DNA from: Thermodesulfovibrionales bacterium
GTDB taxonomy: Bacteria; Nitrospirota; Thermodesulfovibrionia; Thermodesulfovibrionales; CALJEL01
NCBI GenBank assembly: GCA_041082235.1
Contig: JBDOIG010000079.1
Coordinates: 5,860-69,859 of the forward strand
Length of the DNA stretch: 64,000 bases
Direction of reading: 5' to 3'
The notes beneath the pieces are model-generated. The model saw nothing but the letters and a program-made list of their open reading frames with translations, was not told where the DNA came from and ran no database searches. A program made the position numbers and the translations under genes. Shown here piece by piece: positions 41,699 to 50,530 of this stretch (positions are counted from its first letter, which is position 1; each line of letters begins with the position of its first letter).

Positions 41699-42087
41699 TA
41701 GTTTACCTCCTTATAAAGGAATTAAGACAGGTAAAATCCTGCCCTCACAAACCGGGATAACCCGTATTTCTGTAGGTTTAATATTATAACATTCCTTTTA
41801 AAATAAATATGAGATAAATCATGTCCGAAATCAACGGTTGATAACAAAGGTTTTAATAGCTCGGAAACTAAGAAGCCCGCTTGTTTTTGGGTAGAACAAT
41901 TCAGATGCCCTATCAATAAGCTTCCTATACATTACTAACTTCACCTTTTGAGTGAAGACCTCTTGCTACATAATAAATAAAAAATGTCGCATTGTAAAGC
42001 CGTTGAGGCAGGCTGCCAATTTTCTAATGGCAATCTACGGTGCCGGAGAAACAAATTTACTTAGTCTTAAATATGTTATTATAAAAA

Positions 42088-42846
42088 ATGTCATTTATAA
42101 TAGCCTTTGCAGGAAAAGGCGGAACAGGTAAGACGACCCTCTCTGCCCTCACTATAAGATTTCTCATGGAGAGGCGGCGAGGTCCTGTCCTTGCTGTGGA
42201 TGCTGATAGTAATTCCTGTTTGAATGAGGCACTTGGTGTTCAGGTTCACGCAACTGTTGGACGGCTGAGGGAAGAGTCTCTTCAAACTATAAGGGCTGGT
42301 GAGGAAAGGCCCGGGGGCATGAGCATGGAACAGCTTTTTGACTACAGTATCCAGCAGAGTCTTATTGAGGCAAAGGGCTTTGACCTGCTTGTGATGGGCA
42401 GGCCAGAGGGTCCTGGTTGTTACTGCGCAGCGAATAATATTATAAGAAAATATACCGACAGGCTTTCAGAGCATTATCCCTATGTGGTTATTGATAATGA
42501 GGCTGGTATGGAGCATCTATCCAGAAGAACCACCCATAATGTGGATATCCTTTTTATAGTTAGTGATGCAACAAAGAAAGGTATTCTTACAGCCAGAAGA
42601 ATCAACGAGCTTGTGGATGAGCTTAAACTTGAAGTAAAACAGAGGTACTTGATAATAAACAGGGTTCAGGAAGACCCTTCATCCTTAATAAACCTTGCAC
42701 AAGAATACGGGTTAAATATCGCTGGATGGCTTTCAGATGACCCTGTGATTGGTGAATACGATCTCAAAGGAATACCTATCATGCAGTTACCCGAAGGCTC
42801 AAGGCTGCTTAGAAATTTTTATGATATCTTGAATAGTTTGTTATAA
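42088..42846 (+). CDS. cooC: CooC/AcsF-type nickel-insertion ATPase (MinD/ParA-like)
   Basis: Deviant Walker A AGKGGTGKTT, and GPGCYCAANN containing the CxC metal site typical of CooC. 252 aa. Confidence 0.75.
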   Translation: MSFIIAFAGKGGTGKTTLSALTIRFLMERRRGPVLAVDADSNSCLNEALGVQVHATVGRLREESLQTIRAGEERPGGMSMEQLFDYSIQQSLIEAKGFDLLVMGRPEGPGCYCAANNIIRKYTDRLSEHYPYVVIDNEAGMEHLSRRTTHNVDILFIVSDATKKGILTARRINELVDELKLEVKQRYLIINRVQEDPSSLINLAQEYGLNIAGWLSDDPVIGEYDLKGIPIMQLPEGSRLLRNFYDILNSLL

Positions 42847-42852
42847 TAACTT

Positions 42853-44310
42853 ATGTCTTTGCCTTTTTCTTTTAAACCTCTTACCCTGAAGCAAAAGCTT
42901 GTCTTAATAATGGTAGGGCTGTTCTTTGCACTCTTGAGCATTCTTTTAATTCTATACTATCAAGCAGAAAAGACCCTCTACAGGAATCTTCAGGATCAGA
43001 TAACAGCTCTTTCAAAGGTTATCCAGGTCGGAGTTGAAGAGGTTACAGGTGCATCAGATGAAAAAAGATTAAAGGCCTATCTTGCTCAATTGAGCTCTAA
43101 AGGGATAAAGGAGATATCCATTATAAGCAATTCCGATGAGATAGTTGCAAGCACAAATCCTGAAAAAATAGGCAGCTCAATAAATCCAGGGAAAAAAGAG
43201 ATGATAATAAAGGCAGAACTGGGAGAACCTGTTACTGCTGAGGGAAGAACATATAACGTAATTATACCAGTTATAACCAATAATGAGCATTATGGTTATC
43301 TTCATCTGCAGATTAATACAGAGGATTTTTCAAAAATGCTCAGATCAAATCTTTATAAGAGAATACTTGTGACATTATCAATCTTTCTCTCAGGGATAAT
43401 AATAATTGTCTTTCTCTCAGCTCAGTATACAAGGCCTATTCAGGATATTATTATAGCAGTAAGAAAGATTATGGCAGGTGACTATAAATACAGTCTCACT
43501 GTTAATTCTCCTTTAACCCCCAAAAAACTTCGTTTTTTGGGGGACCCTCCCGGTGAAGTCGAAGAATTAAATAAGAATATACAAAGGATGGCACGGATTC
43601 TTGAGACACAGCAGAAACTTCAGGAGAATCTGAGGAAGGCCGAACATCTCGCAACTGTAGGACAATTTGCAAGGGAGGTTGCCCATGAAGTAAGAAATCC
43701 TTTAAATTTTATTAATCTTACAATTGACCATGTGAGGGCAAGATTATCTCATGATAGTGCATTTCAGAAAGAAATAGAGCTTCTTGACACAGTAAAAAAG
43801 GAAGTGCACAGACTTGATGGACTCGTAAATAATTTCCTTGAATATGCAAGACCCCTCAGGGTTAATAAAAAAGAAACTAATTCAGGGGTTTTATTTAGAG
43901 AGATTATAGACTTAATAAGGACAAAGGCAGATTCAACAGGTATCCGGCTAAGAACAGATTTTTTATCCTTACCCTCTCTCATGATAGATGCAGACCTTTT
44001 TAAAACCGCCCTTATGAATATAATACGGAACTCCTTTGAGTCCATGCCTTCTGGAGGGCTGCTGAGCATAAGGACATGGGATGAGGATAAAAATTATTTT
44101 ATTGAGATCTCAGATACAGGCGAAGGCATATCAGAAGAAGACCTCGGTAAGGTCTTTGAACCCTTTTTCACAACAAAGCAGTATGGCCTCGGTCTTGGTC
44201 TTTCAACTGCAAAGAGGATAATTGAGGAGCATGGAGGCTCTATCTCTATAAAAAGTAAAAAAGGACAGGGAACCACCTTGGGGATATGCCTGAGCCTGAT
44301 AGAAGTATGA
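42853..44310 (+). CDS. Sensor histidine kinase (2 TM, HAMP, HisKA, HATPase_c)
   Basis: H-box FAREVAHEVRNPLN, N-box IIRNSFES, G-boxes DTGEGI and GLGLGLS. Confidence 0.85.
   Translation: MSLPFSFKPLTLKQKLVLIMVGLFFALLSILLILYYQAEKTLYRNLQDQITALSKVIQVGVEEVTGASDEKRLKAYLAQLSSKGIKEISIISNSDEIVASTNPEKIGSSINPGKKEMIIKAELGEPVTAEGRTYNVIIPVITNNEHYGYLHLQINTEDFSKMLRSNLYKRILVTLSIFLSGIIIIVFLSAQYTRPIQDIIIAVRKIMAGDYKYSLTVNSPLTPKKLRFLGDPPGEVEELNKNIQRMARILETQQKLQENLRKAEHLATVGQFAREVAHEVRNPLNFINLTIDHVRARLSHDSAFQKEIELLDTVKKEVHRLDGLVNNFLEYARPLRVNKKETNSGVLFREIIDLIRTKADSTGIRLRTDFLSLPSLMIDADLFKTALMNIIRNSFESMPSGGLLSIRTWDEDKNYFIEISDTGEGISEEDLGKVFEPFFTTKQYGLGLGLSTAKRIIEEHGGSISIKSKKGQGTTLGICLSLIEV
43517..43543. repeat. C/A..T/G palindromic unit inside sensor kinase (cccccaaaaaa-cttcg-ttttttggggg)
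   Basis: Perfect 11-bp stem. Translated as TPKKLRFLGDP in the HAMP/linker region. Confidence 0.8.
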
Positions 44311-44317
44311 TGAAGGG

Positions 44318-45706
44318 ATGGAACAAATGGATGTTATAGTTGTTGACGATGAAGAAAACCAGAGGAATATAATTGTTACAATCCTCCGTGAAGAAGGTAT
44401 AGATGCCAGGGGAGCAGCAGCTCCTGAGGAGGCTATGGAGCTAATAAAAAAATATAAGCCAGAGGTTGTCCTCACGGACCTCAGGCTCGGCAGTATGGAC
44501 GGTATAGAATTAATGGAGAGGGTCTATTCTCAGTCAGACTCAAGACCACCTGCCTTTATAATCCTTACAGCCTATGGCACTATAGACTCTGCAGTTACTG
44601 CAGTGAAAAAAGGTGCCTTTGATTATCTTACAAAACCTGTTGACAGGGATGTCCTTCTTATATCAATAAAGAGGGCTATTGAAAGAGAGAGGATTATAAG
44701 GGAAAATATCAGGCTTAAAGAAGAGCTATCTGAACATTTTAAGATTGAAGGTATAATTGGTAGATCCCCCATTTTTTTGAAGGCCCTTTCAATCGCCAGG
44801 AGGGTCTCTTCTACAAATGCTACTGTTCTTATAACAGGTGAGAGTGGAACAGGCAAGGAGCTTCTTGCAAAAGCAATCCATTACAACAGTCCAAGGAGCA
44901 CAAGGCCTTTTGTGGCAATAAATTGTGCATCCATCCCCGAGACATTGATAGAAAGTGAGCTCTTTGGATATGAGGCAGGTGCCTTTACAGGTGCTGTGGC
45001 AAGGAAAAAGGGTCTCTTTGAGGCTGCCAATGAGGGTACATTATTTCTCGATGAAATAGGAGACCTTCCACTAACAACTCAGGCAAAGCTTCTGAGGGCA
45101 CTTCAGGAAAAAGAGATAATGAGACTTGGGGGAAGAGAACCAATTAAGATAGATGTCAGGATCATAGCAGCTACAAACAAGGACCTTGAAGAAGAACTGA
45201 AAAAAGGAAGGTTCAGAGAGGATCTTTTTTATAGATTAAGGGTTATAACAATAGAAATGCCACCTCTGAGGCAAAGGAAGGAGGATATTCCTCTTCTGGT
45301 AGAGCACTTCATAAAGAAATATTCAAAGGAGTTTCAAAAGACAATAAAGGGTATAGAACCACTTGTCCTCAGGAGGCTCGAAGGATATCACTGGCCTGGT
45401 AATGTTAGGCAGCTTATGTCAGTAATTGAGAAGGCAGTGATAATGGCTGATGAGATTATAAGGATTGAACATATTAAAGACGAATTAAAAGACTTCACAG
45501 CTCAAGGCCTCTATGATATTGATATCCCGCCAGAGGGCATTAATCTTGAGGAACTTGAAAAAGAGCTTCTAAAAAAGGCGATGGAGAAATCAAATGGAAT
45601 TATAGCCAGGGCGGCAAAACTTCTTGGTCTCAGTTATAAGGCCTTCTGGTACAGGTGGCAGGCCCTAGAAAAAGCGGAAGTCAGGGGGCAGAACCCTGAT
45701 AAGTAA
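44318..45706 (+). CDS. Sigma54-dependent response regulator (REC + AAA+ + Fis-type HTH)
   Basis: Receiver domain with an ..LTDLRL.. Asp context, GESGTGKELLAKAIH, the ESELFGYEAGAFTGA (GAFTGA) motif, and a C-terminal HTH. Confidence 0.9.
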   Translation: MEQMDVIVVDDEENQRNIIVTILREEGIDARGAAAPEEAMELIKKYKPEVVLTDLRLGSMDGIELMERVYSQSDSRPPAFIILTAYGTIDSAVTAVKKGAFDYLTKPVDRDVLLISIKRAIERERIIRENIRLKEELSEHFKIEGIIGRSPIFLKALSIARRVSSTNATVLITGESGTGKELLAKAIHYNSPRSTRPFVAINCASIPETLIESELFGYEAGAFTGAVARKKGLFEAANEGTLFLDEIGDLPLTTQAKLLRALQEKEIMRLGGREPIKIDVRIIAATNKDLEEELKKGRFREDLFYRLRVITIEMPPLRQRKEDIPLLVEHFIKKYSKEFQKTIKGIEPLVLRRLEGYHWPGNVRQLMSVIEKAVIMADEIIRIEHIKDELKDFTAQGLYDIDIPPEGINLEELEKELLKKAMEKSNGIIARAAKLLGLSYKAFWYRWQALEKAEVRGQNPDK

Positions 45707-45709
45707 CTT

Positions 45710-46981
45710 TTATAGACAGATGGGTTTGCAGGAGAAATCCTGTGTTATATAGGAGAATCTCTTCTTAAACTCTATCGGTGATATCCCTGTAAGCTTAGAT
45801 AGCTTCTTTAAATTAGTTCCTCTGAAATCATTTCGCTCAAGCCGTATCATGTACATCCTGCCGACCCTGTAGGTCTCTGAATTTATATCCACAAGCCTTG
45901 GACTTATCCTCCCTTTGAAGTCTGTCAATTCTTTAAAGGCAATAGGATGAAGTCTTCCCTCATAGAAGGTGATTATAGAACCTTTACCGCCTTCAAGCAG
46001 AAATCTTACAGCACCATATCCAAGATTCCTTGTGTATTCCACATCAAAGGGTATAGGAGCCGCTGCCCTCAGTTCATAGCCGATATTTTTATCAACAATA
46101 GTTACATCTATTCCGTATTCCTTAAGTGTCTTTTTTACTTCATGCTTTAAGACCCTGCCAAGCTGTATCTCTGAAAGTCTGATCCTTCCTGTCTCATCCC
46201 TTTCAAGATACTCATACTTGCTGAGTTCATTTATATCAATTTTTTCAGCTATCCCCTCTGCCAGTATTGCCACTCCATGGTTTCTTAACATGGAAAGTCT
46301 TTTTATTATTGAGCCCGCCAGTATATCTGAGATCATCCTGAGAGGAACGACCCTTTCCTTAAATTCCTCAGGGATAAGGGTTATTGTTGCACCTGATGAT
46401 TTACCAATTCCAAGGGCGAGGTGACCTGCATGCCTTCCCATGGTAGTTACAAAATACCATCTTTCCATTGTCCGTGCATCTTCCATTATATTTTTTACAA
46501 TCTCCACACCCCAGTGCCTTGCTGTCTCGTATCCGAATGTTGGCATCCCGCCTGGCAGGGGTATGTCATTATCAATCGTTTTTGGCACATGGGCAACTGA
46601 TAACCATCCTGCCTCTTTCTGGATCCAGTTTGCCATAAAGGCAGTACCTTCTCCACCAATTGTTATTAGATAACGAATACCTAACTCTTTCAATGTCTTC
46701 AACAGCACCTTGAATTTTTCCTTTACCCTGTCAGGATAATCCCTGGATGTGCCAAGAATGGAGCCTCCCTGTGTATGGATCCTCGAGACATCATTGATGG
46801 TAAGTTTTATAATTGAACTTTTATCACCATTGAATAGGCTTTTAAAACCTCCCTTAACGCCTATCACCTCATAGCCTTCATTTATAGCCTCTATAGTTGC
46901 TGAACTGATGACACCATTTATACCAGGTGCAGGACCACCCCCAATAACTATTCCGAAATATCCCTTTTTCATTCTTGCCAT
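45710..46981 (-). CDS. pfk: 6-phosphofructokinase (PfkA family; ATP versus PPi specificity not resolved)
   Basis: GGGPAPGINGVI, IGGEGT, PKTIDNDI and MGRHAGHLAL motifs. 423 aa. Confidence 0.85.
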   Translation of the reverse strand: MARMKKGYFGIVIGGGPAPGINGVISSATIEAINEGYEVIGVKGGFKSLFNGDKSSIIKLTINDVSRIHTQGGSILGTSRDYPDRVKEKFKVLLKTLKELGIRYLITIGGEGTAFMANWIQKEAGWLSVAHVPKTIDNDIPLPGGMPTFGYETARHWGVEIVKNIMEDARTMERWYFVTTMGRHAGHLALGIGKSSGATITLIPEEFKERVVPLRMISDILAGSIIKRLSMLRNHGVAILAEGIAEKIDINELSKYEYLERDETGRIRLSEIQLGRVLKHEVKKTLKEYGIDVTIVDKNIGYELRAAAPIPFDVEYTRNLGYGAVRFLLEGGKGSIITFYEGRLHPIAFKELTDFKGRISPRLVDINSETYRVGRMYMIRLERNDFRGTNLKKLSKLTGISPIEFKKRFSYITQDFSCKPICL

Positions 46982-47092
46982 AAATTACTGTGATGAAGTC
47001 CCTCTAACTCCCTGATATATTAAATTTATTATTTGAGCTTCAAGAGGCAAGGCCTCTTTATAGCACTGTATGATTTTTGCTCAGGAAACTTT

Positions 47093-48379
47093 TTATTTAA
47101 CCTTTGCCCTCACAATTTCCACAGTATTTGTAACCCTGAGTTTTTTAAATAGTAATTCAAACCTCGCTTCCAGCTCATCTCTAATCCTTGCCTTAACATC
47201 TTCTGGAAGGTCCCACCACCTTTTCTTTAATGCACCAAATCCCTTTTTCCTCACCTTGTATATAAACTGTTCCTCTGTTTCACCCTCTTTTTTCTCTGAT
47301 AAAAATTCTTTTTTAAGATATTCATAGACCTCCTCCCTGAAGCTTGATGGAAGATGTTTACTTTCATAAAGTATATTTTGAAAACCTGTTGCAAGATGTA
47401 TCTCCGCCGTGCCCACCTGGGGGAACATATCAAAGGCATCTTCAGGTAATGTGGAGGCTCCGTGCTGAACAGCCCCAGCAAGACCGTATTCCCTCCTTGC
47501 TATTTCTGAGAGATTTTTGAGTGTCTCAAAATCTATGCTGACCTGTTTGAGGCTTCCATCAGGAAGCACTATGCCTCCATGAGAGGTACCGGTCTGAACA
47601 CTTATCTTGCTGAGACCATCGCTGTATCCCAGAAATTTTTCCGATTTTTTGGGGACCCCTTTATCCTTTGCTTTAAATACCCTATTAAATCCATCAAGAA
47701 AGGCCCTTAATTCTTCGGGTGTGCTGTTTTTATGTCCTATCTCTCCTATCTCTCCACCTATGGATATGGAGACTCCTTCTGGTTCAAGGGATCTTATGTG
47801 TTCAGCAAGTATTGCAGTATATTCAAAATTAGGGCGCTGCTGTTCAGAAATATCATCTCTGGATAAATCCACAAGGGTTGAGCTGTCAATGTCTATATTA
47901 TAAAACTCAGCCTCTATTGCCTCTCTGATTAATTTTTTAAGATAATTAATCTCACCATCCGGGTCTTTTTCAAAGTTTCTTTTTACAATCTGAAAGTGAT
48001 CACCCTGAAGAAAAACAGGCCCTCTGTATCCTTCCCTTACAGCTGCAGAAAGGATAACAGCACTGTATTCAAGAGGCCTCTGCCTTGTATATCCTATCTC
48101 TGAGCGAGCAATCTCAAAGATAAATGCCCCGACATTGTATTGAACAGCCTTTCTAAAGGCAGCCCTTGCAACATCATAGGTGAGCCCCCTGATGTTTATG
48201 GCTGGGACAGTAAACTTAGGATAGTCCTTTGCAAAATATTCATAAAGCCCCTTTATGGAGGCAGGCCAAACGCCCCGTGACTTTGCCTCTTCTTTTAACT
48301 GAATCAGGACCTCTCTTTTTTTATCTTCATCTTCAGTAAATACAGCTTTATAAACCCTTTCATCAAGCAAATTACTCAC
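47093..48379 (-). CDS. fba: Class II fructose-bisphosphate aldolase (long form)
   Basis: PVFLQGDHFQ, VQTGTSHGG and AVQHGASTLP motifs. GTG start overlaps the stop of the upstream small ORF (GTGA). Confidence 0.85.
   Translation of the reverse strand: MSNLLDERVYKAVFTEDEDKKREVLIQLKEEAKSRGVWPASIKGLYEYFAKDYPKFTVPAINIRGLTYDVARAAFRKAVQYNVGAFIFEIARSEIGYTRQRPLEYSAVILSAAVREGYRGPVFLQGDHFQIVKRNFEKDPDGEINYLKKLIREAIEAEFYNIDIDSSTLVDLSRDDISEQQRPNFEYTAILAEHIRSLEPEGVSISIGGEIGEIGHKNSTPEELRAFLDGFNRVFKAKDKGVPKKSEKFLGYSDGLSKISVQTGTSHGGIVLPDGSLKQVSIDFETLKNLSEIARREYGLAGAVQHGASTLPEDAFDMFPQVGTAEIHLATGFQNILYESKHLPSSFREEVYEYLKKEFLSEKKEGETEEQFIYKVRKKGFGALKKRWWDLPEDVKARIRDELEARFELLFKKLRVTNTVEIVRAKVK
47627..47655. repeat. 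C/A..T/G palindromic unit inside fba (minus-strand reading ccccaaaaaatcgg-aaaaatttctggg)
   Basis: Imperfect stem, 8/9 (one G-T pair) plus one bulged T. Translated on the minus strand as VPKKSEKFLGYS. Confidence 0.65.
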
Positions 48380-48552
48380 TGTTCCTCCTCAAGTTTTTTA
48401 AGCCCTTGCTTTTCAATAGTTTCTTCCTCAGATAGCTTTATGCTGATATCCCTGACGAATTCAGGACAGTGTATGGATTTTCCTGAGATGGTGAATTTTT
48501 TATGACAGGTCTCCCTCCAGGCACATATGGCGCAGCATTCTATTTTTTCCAT
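48376..48552 (-). CDS. Small Cys-rich protein (58 aa), translationally coupled to fba
   Basis: Below the track cutoff. My translation is MEKIECCAICAWRETCHKKFTISGKSIHCPEFVRDISIKLSEEETIEKQGLKKLEEEQ. Strong SD ggggggtga lies 4 nt upstream. The stop overlaps the fba GTG. Confidence 0.45.
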   Translation of the reverse strand: MEKIECCAICAWRETCHKKFTISGKSIHCPEFVRDISIKLSEEETIEKQGLKKLEEEQ

Positions 48553-48575
48553 AATCTCACCCCCCTAACAGTTCA

Positions 48576-48604
48576 GTACCCAAAAACTTCAGATTTCTGG
48601 GTAC
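48576..48604. repeat. C/A..T/G palindromic unit, intergenic (gtacccaaaaa-cttcaga-tttctgggtac)
   Basis: 10/11-bp stem read directly. Confidence 0.65.
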
Positions 48605-48620
48605 CTCGATACAAAAGGGT

Positions 48621-49490
48621 TTATAAATTTAAACCTCCGTGCTTATATTTATGATACCATGAAAGGACTATTTCTATGTTGTAAATAATGGAGTCTTTGG
48701 AATTCATTATATATAAGGTATTGGCTATATGGAATATCTCTTTTTTGATCCTTTCAACAGGCGGTGGCTCTTTAAAAAAATTGCCCAGCTCCTCCTCAAA
48801 CATGGGAACTATCTTATCCTTCATCCTGAGTTCTGTATCCATAAAAAAGATACTCAATTCAGGAGAGAGGGTTTTTATCCTTTTTAAAAAAGCCTTTATC
48901 TCCTTCTGGTAGATCTGTTTTGGTGGAGAGGATTTGACCTCTGCATAGAGGATAGAGTTATTGAATTTTGCTATTACATCATAATCTCCATCAGCTGTTA
49001 TTTCACCTTTAGGTGAAATGGCGGGTCTTTTAATTCTTATCCCCCATGTTGACTCCATTAAAAATTCCCTTTTCAGAATTTCTGAAAAAAACCATTCAAG
49101 GGTCTCACCAAAACTCTTTACAGGTCTTGTGAGAAAAAATAATTCCCTCTCAGGAAATTTATCAACCAGTTTAATATTTTTTAGATAGGATATGTATTCT
49201 TCTGTTACTTTTTCTGTGGCATAACGTGTTACCTGAGCATGTGTAAAACCCTTCTGAAATTTAATAACATCTCTTAAGAATAAACGGAACGAGTATTTAT
49301 GTAGCTTTTTGTAATAATCTTCAATATAGAGGGGCTCTGGTATGAGGAGGTCCTCAGATGGTTCTTTGGTGTAGATCTTAAGGCCTCTTTTTCTCAGGAG
49401 GGCTTCAATTGAAGGAGATAATTCCCTTATAACCTTTCTTAGTCTTTTAATTTCTTTTTTGTAATAAGAAAGGGGAAGTTTTTCAGTCAT
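48621..49490 (-). CDS. Hypothetical protein with PD-(D/E)XK nuclease-like motif
   Basis: 289 aa. GDYDVIAKFNNSILYAEVKSSPP fits the D..(E)xK pattern of the restriction-endonuclease fold. There is a possible wHTH region around aa 70-110. Overlaps yjbQ by 8 nt. Confidence 0.5.
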   Translation of the reverse strand: MTEKLPLSYYKKEIKRLRKVIRELSPSIEALLRKRGLKIYTKEPSEDLLIPEPLYIEDYYKKLHKYSFRLFLRDVIKFQKGFTHAQVTRYATEKVTEEYISYLKNIKLVDKFPERELFFLTRPVKSFGETLEWFFSEILKREFLMESTWGIRIKRPAISPKGEITADGDYDVIAKFNNSILYAEVKSSPPKQIYQKEIKAFLKRIKTLSPELSIFFMDTELRMKDKIVPMFEEELGNFFKEPPPVERIKKEIFHIANTLYIMNSKDSIIYNIEIVLSWYHKYKHGGLNL

Positions 49491-49887
49491 CGGAAAGTAT
49501 CTTTACAACAACCCGTCTGTGCCTGGGACCATCAAATTCACAAAAATATATAGCCTGCCAGGTTCCAAGAACAAGTCGCCCATCTTCTATAAAGACAAAT
49601 TTATCAATACCTACTATCGTTGATTTAATATGGGCATCTGCATTGCCCTCCCTGTGGAGGTAATTAAGGTCCTGGGGTGCAAGTCTTGTCAGGAGGCTCT
49701 GGATATCCCTCTGGACTGATGGATCAGCTCCTTCATTTATAGTTATACCAGCGGTTGTGTGCGGTACAAAGAGGAAACAAATGCCATTTTTAATTCCCTC
49801 ATTATCAATAAGCTTCTGGATCTCAGAGGTTATATCAATAAACTCTGTTCTTGATTTACTTTTTACAGCAATGTTTTTTACCTTCAT
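49483..49887 (-). CDS. yjbQ: YjbQ/UPF0047 family protein (secondary thiamine-phosphate synthase-like)
   Basis: FVPHTTAGITINEGADPSVQRD, GNADAHIKS and GTWQAIYFCEFDGPR motifs. Confidence 0.85.
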   Translation of the reverse strand: MKVKNIAVKSKSRTEFIDITSEIQKLIDNEGIKNGICFLFVPHTTAGITINEGADPSVQRDIQSLLTRLAPQDLNYLHREGNADAHIKSTIVGIDKFVFIEDGRLVLGTWQAIYFCEFDGPRHRRVVVKILSDD

Positions 49888-49923
49888 TATATTGCCTCCA
49901 GCAAAAGCGCGAACTAATGCAGT

Positions 49924-50406
49924 CTAAAGTTTGTAGCCGATCTTTCTCAGAAATTCCTTTCTCTTAATTCTGTCTTCCTTGCTCTCAACTCCCTTTGGTG
50001 AAGCTCCATCTATAACACCCATTATACCTCTTCCCTGTTCTGTCTGGGCCACTATAACCTCCAGTGGATTTGCTGTGGCACAGAATATCCTGCATACCTC
50101 TTGACAGGCCTTTATCTGATTAAGGATATTTATAGGATAGGCCTTTCTCAGTAGTATACAGAATATATGACCTGCTCCTATATCCTGGAGTATAGCCACA
50201 CAATTCTTTATGAGATCTTCAGAATTCCCCTCTGTCCTTATGAGACAGGGGCCAGATGCCTCTGTAAAGGCTATACCAAATTCTGCACCGGGAACAGAGG
50301 TGACGAGAATTTCATAGAGATCTTCGGCAGTTTTTATAAAATGGGTCTGGCCAAGGATTATATTACAACCCTCAGGTATATTGATTTTGATGGTCCTTAG
50401 CTCCAT
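49924..50406 (-). CDS. Adenosine-specific kinase family protein (former DUF355)
   Basis: 160 aa. ILGQTHFIKTAEDLYE, FTEASGPCLIR, GAGHIFCILL, PINILNQIK, CATANPLEVIV and GRGIMGVIDG match my recollection of PF04008-type proteins. Confidence 0.7.
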   Translation of the reverse strand: MELRTIKINIPEGCNIILGQTHFIKTAEDLYEILVTSVPGAEFGIAFTEASGPCLIRTEGNSEDLIKNCVAILQDIGAGHIFCILLRKAYPINILNQIKACQEVCRIFCATANPLEVIVAQTEQGRGIMGVIDGASPKGVESKEDRIKRKEFLRKIGYKL

Positions 50407-50509
50407 ATTGGAACCCTCCTTTCAATATATCGGAGATTCGCTGGGTAAAGGTTACTTTATCCAGCGCTGTAAAACACTGCGAGCGGGCACATCGTGGCCC
50501 TCCCTTTTC

Positions 50510-50518
50510 TGCTATAAT
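50510..50518 (+). promoter_or_regulatory. Candidate extended -10 element (TGcTATAAT), duplicated by a 14-bp tandem repeat
   Basis: tgctataat at 50510-50518. The unit ctataatgaataaa is repeated exactly at 50512-50525 and 50526-50539. Confidence 0.4.
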
Positions 50519-50530
50519 GAATAAACTATA

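Noticed and set aside
41722-41916. 64-aa minus-strand ORF in the fdx/cooC divergent spacer
   Set aside because: It has no SD and no recognisable motif, and it lies in an AT-rich promoter region. It is likely spurious.
42026-42041. Sigma54-like promoter TGGCAatctacGGTGC upstream of cooC, and TGGCAC at 36073 upstream of hfq
   Set aside because: At 42026 the GG-to-GC spacing is off by one and the -12 element is GGTGC rather than TTGC. The 36073 site has no GC element at -12.
41983-42063. 26-aa Cys-containing ORF (MSHCKAVEAGCQFSNGNLRCRRNKFT) upstream of cooC
   Set aside because: It has no SD, is very short and has no supporting feature. It cannot be distinguished from chance.
41700-42087. Possible cobalamin or nickel riboswitch in the 388-bp spacer next to corrinoid/Ni accessory genes
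   Set aside because: I could not find a B12-box-like core or the conserved GGGAA/GCCACUG-type elements. Only short local hairpins are present. A covariance-model scan would be needed.
47042-47058. Hairpin aagaggc-aag-gcctctt between fba and pfk as an intrinsic terminator
   Set aside because: The stem is only 7 bp and no U-tract follows on the minus (transcribed) strand. At best it is a weak structure.
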